DNA of 42,896 nt from Lacunisphaera sp. (GTDB taxonomy: Bacteria; Verrucomicrobiota; Verrucomicrobiia; Opitutales; Opitutaceae), in NCBI GenBank assembly GCA_023269445.1, contig JAHFTH010000002.1, positions 1 through 42,896 of the forward strand. Direction: 5' to 3'. Below the pieces are notes generated by a model, which ran no database searches, was not told the DNA's origin, and was given only the letters and a program-made list of their open reading frames with translations. Position numbers and translations under genes: made by a program. This document shows positions 30,657-38,323 of this stretch, piece after piece (positions within the stretch are counted from its first letter, which is position 1; the number at the start of each line of letters is the position of its first letter).

Positions 30657-31130
30657 TCAGGCGGGCCTGCCCTCCGCAGCCTCGGCAGAGGAGGGCCTCC
30701 GCCCGATCAGCAGCTTGGCCGTCATCTCCTGCACGGGCTTGCCGACCTGGTTGAGCGTGCGGCAATGCAGTTTGATTTTGCCGCGCCCCGTGCGCGAAGG
30801 CTCGGGGTTGAGCTCGGTGATTTCCATGACCACCCGCAACGTGTCGCCGGGCAGCACCGGCCGCGGCCAGCGCAAATCATCCACGCCCTGGCCGATGACC
30901 CCGCCATCGAGACCCATGTTGCCCCGCACCATCAGACCCATGCTGATCGCTGCCGTGTGCCAGCCACTCGCCACAAGCTGACCGAAAAGCGTGGGCTTGG
31001 CCGCCTCCACGTCCGTGTGGAACGGCTGCGGATCAAACTCGCGGCCGAAAGTGATGATCTCCTCCGCCGTCACGGTATGCTCGGGCGTGTTAAATTTGGC
31101 ACCCAGCTTCAGGTCTTCAAAATACAGCAT
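30657..31130 (-). CDS. MaoC-family dehydratase
   Basis: YFEDLKLG, FGREFDPQPFHTD, FGQLVASGWHT, LRWPRPVLPGDTL; start at ATG 31130. Confidence 0.88.
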   Translation of the reverse strand: MLYFEDLKLGAKFNTPEHTVTAEEIITFGREFDPQPFHTDVEAAKPTLFGQLVASGWHTAAISMGLMVRGNMGLDGGVIGQGVDDLRWPRPVLPGDTLRVVMEITELNPEPSRTGRGKIKLHCRTLNQVGKPVQEMTAKLLIGRRPSSAEAAEGRPA

Positions 31131-31192
31131 GGCGGGAAGGAGGCACACCCGAGATTGCTTCGCGGGCCCTCTCTGTGCAACCCTCGGTTTCC

Positions 31193-34100
31193 GTGGCGTC
31201 CTCCCCCGCAGCTTCCCTCACCGGCGTCCTCGAACGCATCATCTTCTTCAACGAGGAGAACCACTACACCATTGCCGAGCTGCGACCTGAGTCCGCGAAG
31301 TCCGCCGAGGACCCATCCTTCGCCAAGGCTTCGGAGGGCGGGTCGCTCGTCACGATCACCGGTCCGCTCCCAGGCGTGCAATGCGGCGAGACCCTCCAAC
31401 TCACCGGCGAGTGGACCCGCCACGCGCAGCACGGCGCGCAGTTCAAGATCCTCACCTACAAATCCGAGCTCCCCTCCTCTGTCTACGGCATCCGCAAATA
31501 TCTCGGCAGCGGCCTCGTGCCCGGCATCGGCAAGGTCTACGCCAACAAGATCGTCGACACCTTCGGCACCGACACCCTGCGTATTCTCAGTGAGGAATCC
31601 GGCAAGCTCCGCAAGGTCGAGGGCATCGGCAAAGTCCGCGCCGCCGCCATCAAGCAGGCCTGGGCCGAGCAGAAAACCCTGCGCGAGGTGCACATTTTCC
31701 TCCAGACTTACGGCGTCACCACCTCGCAGTGCGTGAAGCTCGTCGCCAAATACGGCCCCGCGGCCCAGCAGATCATCACGCAGGAGCCTTACCGCGTCGC
31801 CCGCGAGATCGATGGCATCGGCTTCAAGACCGCCGACCGCATCGCCATCAATCTCGGTTACGCCAACGACGCCCCGCCCCGTCTCGACGCCGGCCTCATC
31901 TACGCGCTGGGGACGTTGCAGGAGGAAGGCCACACGGCCTACCCCCGCGGCGAACTCGTCGACTACTCCGCCGCGCTCCTCGAAACATCCGCCACGTTGC
32001 TCGAGGCCCGCATCGATGCGCTGCTCGACGCGAAGGCCATCGTCACCCACGCCAATTCTGGCTCTCAACTCTCAGCTCCAGACTCTCAGCTTGCCGCGCG
32101 CAGCGCGGCCTTTATCCAGCTCCCGCAAAACGACCGCGCCGAACGGAAGATTGCCGACGTCGTCAAGCGACTCGCCTCCGTCCCCTCCGGCCTGCCCGCA
32201 ATCAAGATCGAGCCCGCGCTCGTCTGGGCGCAGGAAAAAGCCGGCTTCGCCTTCCACGATCTGCAACGCGCCGCCTTGCATAACGCGCTCGCCCACAAGT
32301 TCAGCATTCTCACCGGCGGACCCGGCACGGGGAAGGCCCAGCCAACCGATGCCCTAGTGCTCACTCCTTCCGGCTTCCGGCCTATCGGTTCACTCCGGCC
32401 CGGGGATTTAGTTGTAAGCGCTGAAGGCCCCCCGGCGCCGATCCAGAGCGTGCATCCCCAAGGAGTGAAACCAGTATTCAAAATCACTTTCGCAGACGGG
32501 AGAAGCACGCGCTGCTGTGACGAGCATCTCTGGAAAATCTGGACCCGCACGTCTGTCTGGAGTCCGGTCAAAAAGAAAAAAGTGCGCGCGCGCGGCTGGC
32601 GAGTGGTGCCCTTGAAGTATATCCGCCAACGACTGCATCTGGACCGTTCCGAAAGCGAACGCATGGGCGTGCCGCTTCTCCAGCCCCAGCCGGATGCACC
32701 GGAGCAAACCATGCCCTGTGCTCCCTACCTGTTGGGCCTTTTGATCGGGGATGGCACCATCAGCAACTCCTTGCAGCTCACCACCACCGACTCCTTCCTC
32801 CGAGATCGGGCTTCCGCACTTGTGGCTCCTTGGGGACTGGCCTTGAAGGCGGTGACCCTGCACGGAGTGAAAACGATCAGTTACCGGATTACCCACGCAC
32901 GTCACGGCCTGCCCAATCCACTGACGGCTCAACTACGGCAGCTTGGATTGGCCGTGCGCTCGGAAAAGAAGTTCATCCCACCGGTCTATTATGGCGGATC
33001 TCTGGCCCAGCGACTCGACTTGGTTCGCGGCCTTATCGACACGGACGGCACCGTGGACAAATTGGGTGTGATCTCGTTCTCCACCTCCAGTCCGCAACTG
33101 GCCCACGACTTCCGGCGCCTGGCTTGGTCCGTGGGCTGCATCGCAACGATCGGGGCAGTAAAGCACCCCACTTTTACCCACCACGGACAAAAGCGCCGGG
33201 GACTTCCGGCCTACACGGTCTTCCTCCAGCACCCGACCCCGGAGATTCTGGTCAGTCTTCCACGGAAAGTTGCCCGGCTCCATCGGGCCAAAGCCCGTCA
33301 GCGGCTGGGCCACCGTCTTCGTATGACGGCCATCGAACCTGCGGGCATTGCGGAGTGCGTCTGTATCTCAATTGCTTCACCCTCCGGTCTGTATGTAACC
33401 GACGACTATATCGTCACGCACAATACCACTATCCTCCGCGCGCTCGTCGAAATCCTGAAGGCCAAGAAAGCCCGTGTGCATCTCGCCGCGCCCACCGGCC
33501 GCGCCGCGCAGCGACTCGCTGAGACGACCGGTGGCTACGCCTCCACCATCCACCGGCTCCTGAAGTTCGAGGGCGTGAAAGGCGGCTTCACCGTCAACGA
33601 ATCCGCACCGCTCGCGACGGATTTTCTCATCGTGGACGAGACCTCGATGCTCGACTCGCGGCTTGCGGCGGCACTGTTGCAGTCGGTGCCGGTCCGCGCC
33701 CACCTGCTGCTCGTCGGCGACACCGACCAGTTGCCGAGCGTCGGCGCGGGCAATGTGCTGAAGGACCTGATCGCCACCGAGCGCATTCCCGTGACGCGAC
33801 TCGCCGTCGTCTATCGCCAGAAGGAGCAGAGCCTCATCGTCACCGTGGCGCACGCCATCAACGGCGGCGAGAGTTCGCCCCCGCCCGTCGTCAGCGAAGT
33901 CGCGAAGGCCCAGGCGTGGAGCGACCTCAACTTTATCGCCGCCAGTTCGTCCGAGGACTGTCTCAAGAAAATCACCGAGCTGTGCACGCACTTTATCCCG
34001 CAGCATTTCAAGTGGCTTAATCCCGTCACCGATGTGCAGGTGCTCGCGCCGATGCACAAGGGCGTCGCCGGCGTCGCCAACCTCAACGCGCAGTTGCAGG

Positions 34101-34564
34101 CCGCGCTCAATGGTTCGCGCCAGGGCATCAAGACCGTCAGCGGCGAATACCGCCCGGGCGACAAGCTCATCCAGCTGCGCAACAACTACGACAAGGATCT
34201 CTTCAACGGTGACATCGGCGAGGTGATCGCGATCGACGGTGTGAAGGGCACACTCACGGCCGACTTCGACGGCACGAAGCACACGTTCGAGCGCGGCGAG
34301 TTCGGCGACCTCGGCCTCGCCTACGCCATCAGCATCCACAAGTCACAGGGCAGCGAGTATCCGGTCGTCATCGTGCCGCTTCTCAAGGCGCACTTCGTGA
34401 TGCTCCAGCGCAACCTCATCTATACCGCCATCACCCGCGGCCGGAAGAAAGTCTTCATCGTCGGCGAAGTGGCCGCCTACGGCATGGCCGTGCGCAACGC
34501 CGAGTCCAAGCTAAGATGCACGCACCTCCGCGAGAAAATTCTCGCTGAATCCAGCCCCGCCTAG
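31193..34564 (+). CDS. recD2: RecD2-like ATP-dependent DNA helicase containing an intein
   Basis: GVLERIIFFNEENHYT, HAQHGAQF, YLGSGLVPGIG, IDGIGFKTADRIA, TGGPGTGK|TT, LAAPTGRAAQRL, TIHRLL, IVDETSM, LVGDTDQLPSVGAG, YAISIHKSQGSEY, YTAITRG. Start is probably GTG 31193. Confidence 0.93.
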   Translation: MASSPAASLTGVLERIIFFNEENHYTIAELRPESAKSAEDPSFAKASEGGSLVTITGPLPGVQCGETLQLTGEWTRHAQHGAQFKILTYKSELPSSVYGIRKYLGSGLVPGIGKVYANKIVDTFGTDTLRILSEESGKLRKVEGIGKVRAAAIKQAWAEQKTLREVHIFLQTYGVTTSQCVKLVAKYGPAAQQIITQEPYRVAREIDGIGFKTADRIAINLGYANDAPPRLDAGLIYALGTLQEEGHTAYPRGELVDYSAALLETSATLLEARIDALLDAKAIVTHANSGSQLSAPDSQLAARSAAFIQLPQNDRAERKIADVVKRLASVPSGLPAIKIEPALVWAQEKAGFAFHDLQRAALHNALAHKFSILTGGPGTGKAQPTDALVLTPSGFRPIGSLRPGDLVVSAEGPPAPIQSVHPQGVKPVFKITFADGRSTRCCDEHLWKIWTRTSVWSPVKKKKVRARGWRVVPLKYIRQRLHLDRSESERMGVPLLQPQPDAPEQTMPCAPYLLGLLIGDGTISNSLQLTTTDSFLRDRASALVAPWGLALKAVTLHGVKTISYRITHARHGLPNPLTAQLRQLGLAVRSEKKFIPPVYYGGSLAQRLDLVRGLIDTDGTVDKLGVISFSTSSPQLAHDFRRLAWSVGCIATIGAVKHPTFTHHGQKRRGLPAYTVFLQHPTPEILVSLPRKVARLHRAKARQRLGHRLRMTAIEPAGIAECVCISIASPSGLYVTDDYIVTHNTTILRALVEILKAKKARVHLAAPTGRAAQRLAETTGGYASTIHRLLKFEGVKGGFTVNESAPLATDFLIVDETSMLDSRLAAALLQSVPVRAHLLLVGDTDQLPSVGAGNVLKDLIATERIPVTRLAVVYRQKEQSLIVTVAHAINGGESSPPPVVSEVAKAQAWSDLNFIAASSSEDCLKKITELCTHFIPQHFKWLNPVTDVQVLAPMHKGVAGVANLNAQLQAALNGSRQGIKTVSGEYRPGDKLIQLRNNYDKDLFNGDIGEVIAIDGVKGTLTADFDGTKHTFERGEFGDLGLAYAISIHKSQGSEYPVVIVPLLKAHFVMLQRNLIYTAITRGRKKVFIVGEVAAYGMAVRNAESKLRCTHLREKILAESSPA
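32336..33424 (+). mobile_element. Intein (363 aa) with LAGLIDADG homing endonuclease, class 3 signature
   Basis: Splits Walker A GK|T. Begins AQPTDALVLTPSG, ends YVTDDYIVTHN before +1 Thr. Block B CCDEHLW, block F CVCISI; endonuclease motifs YLLGLLIGDGT and LVRGLIDTDGT. Confidence 0.92.
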
Positions 34565-35148
34565 TTCAGATCCTTGTCCTTCCAGTATTTCGTGCCTTGG
34601 AGCGTGGCTTGGAGCGCGAGCCCGTTCTTGGTGATCTGAAAAATATCGACGCCGGGGATGGCCGTTTCGGCCGCGCCCAAGGCCGCGCCTTTTTTGTCTG
34701 ACTTCGCCGCGGCATCCGCCTGCCCGCCGAAGTCCCAGCCCTTGTCCAAGAAATCCTCCAGCTTGTCTTTGTCGTAGAAAATGAAGACGGCCCGGAAATC
34801 CTTCACACCAAGGCCGAGGCCAATGCCGGCCGAGCCCATCTTCATGAACGTCTCCCGATCCTTAAGGGTTCCCGTCGTCACCACGATGCCTTTGCCGCCC
34901 GCAAAACTCGCGAGCACAAGATTCACACCCACATTGGAAAACACCGCGTAGCCGGCGGCATGCTTGATCTTGGCTTTGGCGTCCGGGTGCAGTTTGTAGA
35001 GTTCCTCCAGCACCGTCGTGCGCATCTCCCGGATTTCCGCCCGCTTGTCCTCGGCATCAGCCTTGGCGAACGCGGCGGAATCGGCCGGCGCGACCGTCAG
35101 GCCGAGCGCCAGCGTCAGAGTGGAGAGCAATAGGGAGGATATTTTCAT
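34561..35148 (-). CDS. YSC84/SYLF-like lipid-binding domain protein, secreted
   Basis: Signal peptide; AAGYAVFSN, GGKGIV, GIGLGLGVKDFRAVFIF, WDFGGQADAAA, GLALQATLQGTKYWKD. Confidence 0.75.
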   Translation of the reverse strand: MKISSLLLSTLTLALGLTVAPADSAAFAKADAEDKRAEIREMRTTVLEELYKLHPDAKAKIKHAAGYAVFSNVGVNLVLASFAGGKGIVVTTGTLKDRETFMKMGSAGIGLGLGVKDFRAVFIFYDKDKLEDFLDKGWDFGGQADAAAKSDKKGAALGAAETAIPGVDIFQITKNGLALQATLQGTKYWKDKDLN

Positions 35149-35338
35149 CAGGGCAAGTTTGCCTCCTAGACCGGCAAGTCAACCGCTGGTGCCGGAATTT
35201 ATCGCCCCAAAATCCTGCGGCCGTCGCCCGCACGCTTCCACCCGTCTTCCACCGCTCGTCCTGCGGAAAACACCTTTTGTCCTATTGGCATCCGCCCGGG
35301 GGCTGTGGTAGGGTCTGCTCAACTCAAAACCCACCCTT

Positions 35339-36715
35339 ATGTTGAAACGTTCCCTGGCTATCACCGCCCTTCTCGTTTCGGCTCTGGCGCTCCGCGCCGC
35401 GGCCGTCGCCGTCGAAGGCTTCACGCTCATCAAATCCCTCGGCGGCATCGACGAATACCGCCTCGACGCCAACGGCCTGAGCGTCCTGCTCCTGTCCGAC
35501 CGCACCGCCCCGGTCGCAACCTTCATGGTCACCTACCGTGTCGGTTCGCGCAACGAGGTCACCGGCACCACCGGCGCCACCCACCTGCTCGAGCACCTGA
35601 TGTTCAAGGGCTCGCCCAATTTCAACCGCGCGAAAGGCAACAGCATCGACCAGTTCCTCGAGAGTGTCGGCGCGCAATACAACGCCACCACCTACCTCGA
35701 CCGCACCAACTACTACGCGCAGGTCGGCAGCGAACACCTTGAGGGCTACATGGCCATCGAGTCCGACCGCCTGCGCAACCTCTGGCTGCACGAGGATGAC
35801 CGCCGCCCCGAGATGACCGTCGTGCGCAACGAATTCGAGATCGGCGAAAACGATCCCACGCAGGCGCTCGACAAGGAGATCTTCGCCGCCGCCTTCCAGG
35901 CCCACCCCTACCACCACAGCACCATCGGCTGGCGCAGCGACATCGAGAAGGTTTCCATCGAGAAACTCCGCGAGTTCTACGACACCTTCTACTGGCCCGA
36001 CAACGCCACCGCCACGATCATCGGCGACTTTGATCCCGCCGCCGCCCTCGCCCTCGTGAAGAAATATTACGGTGCCTACCCCAAGGCCCCGAAGCCCATC
36101 CCGCAGGTCTACACCGAGGAGCCCGAGCAGACCGGCCCCCGCCGCGTCATGGTCCAGCGCGCCGGCGAACTCGGCACCGTGGGCGTCAGTTGGAAGAGCC
36201 CCGCCGGCTCGCACCCCGACTATCCCGCCCTTCAGGTCCTCGGCATGATCATGGGCAGCGGCAAGACCAGCCGCTTCTACCGCGCCCTCACCGACAAGAA
36301 TCTCACGACCAGCGTCAGCTCCGAGCCGGGCTTCTTCCACGATCCCTCGCTCTTCCAAGTCTACGCCAACCTCGCGCCCAACGCCACGCACGAGGCCGTC
36401 GAGAAAATCATCCTCGATGAAGTCACCAAGGTGAAGACCGACGGCGTGACCGACGCCGAGGTCGCCACCGCTCTCGGCAAGATCAGGGCCAGCACCGCCT
36501 ACGGCCGCGACGGCTCCTTCGCCATCGCCAGCGGCATCAACGAAGACATCGCTACCGGTGACTGGACGCTCTTCATCACCCTCGACGTGGCGCTCGCCAA
36601 AGTCACGGCCACCGACGTCAAGCGCGTCGCCAATCTCTACCTCGACCACAACAAGAGCACCACCGGCTGGTTCGTGCCGATCGTCGCTCCCGCCGCCCCT
36701 GCCGCCGCCAAGTAA
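35339..36715 (+). CDS. M16-family zinc peptidase, catalytic subunit
   Basis: YRVGSRNE..GTTGATHLLEHLMFKGS (inverted HxxEH), NATT..DRTNY, HPYHHSTIGW, FYDTFYWPDNA. Confidence 0.92.
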   Translation: MLKRSLAITALLVSALALRAAAVAVEGFTLIKSLGGIDEYRLDANGLSVLLLSDRTAPVATFMVTYRVGSRNEVTGTTGATHLLEHLMFKGSPNFNRAKGNSIDQFLESVGAQYNATTYLDRTNYYAQVGSEHLEGYMAIESDRLRNLWLHEDDRRPEMTVVRNEFEIGENDPTQALDKEIFAAAFQAHPYHHSTIGWRSDIEKVSIEKLREFYDTFYWPDNATATIIGDFDPAAALALVKKYYGAYPKAPKPIPQVYTEEPEQTGPRRVMVQRAGELGTVGVSWKSPAGSHPDYPALQVLGMIMGSGKTSRFYRALTDKNLTTSVSSEPGFFHDPSLFQVYANLAPNATHEAVEKIILDEVTKVKTDGVTDAEVATALGKIRASTAYGRDGSFAIASGINEDIATGDWTLFITLDVALAKVTATDVKRVANLYLDHNKSTTGWFVPIVAPAAPAAAK

Positions 36716-36745
36716 CACCAAGAATACTTATCAATCCCCACAACC

Positions 36746-36839
36746 TGTCATCCTGAGTGCAACGAAGGATCCATCTGGACTCCCACCACGTAAACGACTC
36801 GCAGATTCCGCTGGATTCTTCGCTCCGCTCAGAATGACA
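36746..36839. repeat. Palindromic element TGTCATCCTGAG...CTCAGAATGACA
   Basis: Arms TGTCATCCTGAGTGCAACGAAGGATCC and GGATTCTTCGCTCCGCTCAGAATGACA are imperfect reverse complements. Confidence 0.7.
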
Positions 36840-36854
36840 AACCGAAATACTCCC

Positions 36855-38189
36855 ATGAAACACCTTCTTCCCCTCCTCACTCTCACTTTCACTTTGGCCT
36901 CGGCCACCGCCGCCCTCGCCGGGGTCGCCGACAACGCCGTCCGCCAGAAAATCAACGGCCTCGACGTCGTCTCAATCAAGACCGGCGTGAAGGATGTCGT
37001 CACCATCCGCGGCACCCTCGCCGCCGGTGACTCGCGCAGCCCCGACTCCAACGTCGCCCTCGCCGACCTCGCCGCCGGCCTGCTCGACAAGGGCACCACC
37101 ACCCGCGACAAGTTCGCCATCGCCAAGGTGCTCGGCGACGCCGGCGCGACGATCAACTTCGGCACCAACGCCAGCGCGCTCAACATCAACGCCAAGTGCC
37201 TGCGCGCGGATCTGCCCATGGTCCTCGGCCTCATCGCCGAGCAGCTGCGCACCCCGGCGTTCTCGCCCGAGGAATTCGCCAAGCTCAAGAAGCAGGTCGC
37301 CGGCCTGATGAAACGCTCTCTCGAGGACACCGACTTCCGCGCCAACACCTCCTACGTCCGCGCCGTCTATCCCCTCGGCCACCCCAACCGCGACGCCTCG
37401 CCCGAGGAATATCTCGCCGCCGTGGACAAGGCCACGCTCGACGAGGTGAAAGCCTTCCACAAGGAATTCTACGGCCCCGCCGCCATGAAGCTCGTCATCG
37501 TCGGCGACGTCGACTCCGCCGCCGTGTCGGCCGAGCTCGGCAAGGTTTTCGCCGGCTGGACCGGCGGCTCCGCCCAAGCCCGCCCGGCCCGCGCCGGCCA
37601 TGTGGACGCCGCCCGCGAGCAGGATGTGTTCATGGCGGACAAGACCAATGTCACCCTGCTCTGGGGCCAGGCCACGCAGCTCCGCTACGGCGAGCCCGAC
37701 GCGCTCGCCCTGCGCCTCGGCACCGCGGCCCTCGGCAGCGGCTTCACCGGCCGCCTCATGGCCAACGTGCGCGACAAGGAAGGCCTGACCTACGGCATCG
37801 GCTCGTTTATTTCCAATGACACGTTCGTCGACGGCGACTGGCGCATCTCGGCCAACTTCGCCCCCGACCTCCTCAGCAAGGGCATCGCCTCCACCAAGCG
37901 CCAGCTCACCGAGTGGCACGACAAGGGCATCACCGCCCATGAACTTGAGAGCAACAAGGGCAAGTTCGTCGGCAGCTTCAAGCTGGGCCTCTCCACCACC
38001 GGCGGCATGGCGGGCCAGATCCTCAATACCCTGAACCGTGATCTCCCGCTCAGTTTCATCGATGAGTTTGGCGGCAAGATCAACGCGCTCACGCTGGAGC
38101 AAGTCAACGGTTCCATCAAGAAACACCTGAACCCTGAGGCCATGATCATGATCAAGGCCGGCACGATTCCCGGCGCGGTGACGAAATAA
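36855..38189 (+). CDS. M16-family non-catalytic partner subunit
   Basis: M16 fold motifs (LLDKGT, GRLMANVRDKEGLTYG) without HxxEH; signal peptide; start at ATG 36855. Confidence 0.85.
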   Translation: MKHLLPLLTLTFTLASATAALAGVADNAVRQKINGLDVVSIKTGVKDVVTIRGTLAAGDSRSPDSNVALADLAAGLLDKGTTTRDKFAIAKVLGDAGATINFGTNASALNINAKCLRADLPMVLGLIAEQLRTPAFSPEEFAKLKKQVAGLMKRSLEDTDFRANTSYVRAVYPLGHPNRDASPEEYLAAVDKATLDEVKAFHKEFYGPAAMKLVIVGDVDSAAVSAELGKVFAGWTGGSAQARPARAGHVDAAREQDVFMADKTNVTLLWGQATQLRYGEPDALALRLGTAALGSGFTGRLMANVRDKEGLTYGIGSFISNDTFVDGDWRISANFAPDLLSKGIASTKRQLTEWHDKGITAHELESNKGKFVGSFKLGLSTTGGMAGQILNTLNRDLPLSFIDEFGGKINALTLEQVNGSIKKHLNPEAMIMIKAGTIPGAVTK

Positions 38190-38195
38190 GTTTTC

Positions 38196-38273
38196 TGTGG
38201 GCGGGGTGCCCCCGCCCCGCGAGGCAGGTGTTGCGAAAGCCAAATCCTGCGGGGTGAGGGCACCCCGCCTCCA
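38196..38273. repeat. REP-like doublet, un-nested copy of the outer element at 21137-21276
   Basis: 38249-38273 GCGGGGTGAGGGCACCCCGCCTCCA is identical to 21252-21276; degenerate left arm at 38196-38220. Confidence 0.8.
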
Positions 38274-38323
38274 TAATGAGTCTCCAGGCTTGCCTCGCGC
38301 CCCTCTCCTTGTGTCATAAGCAA

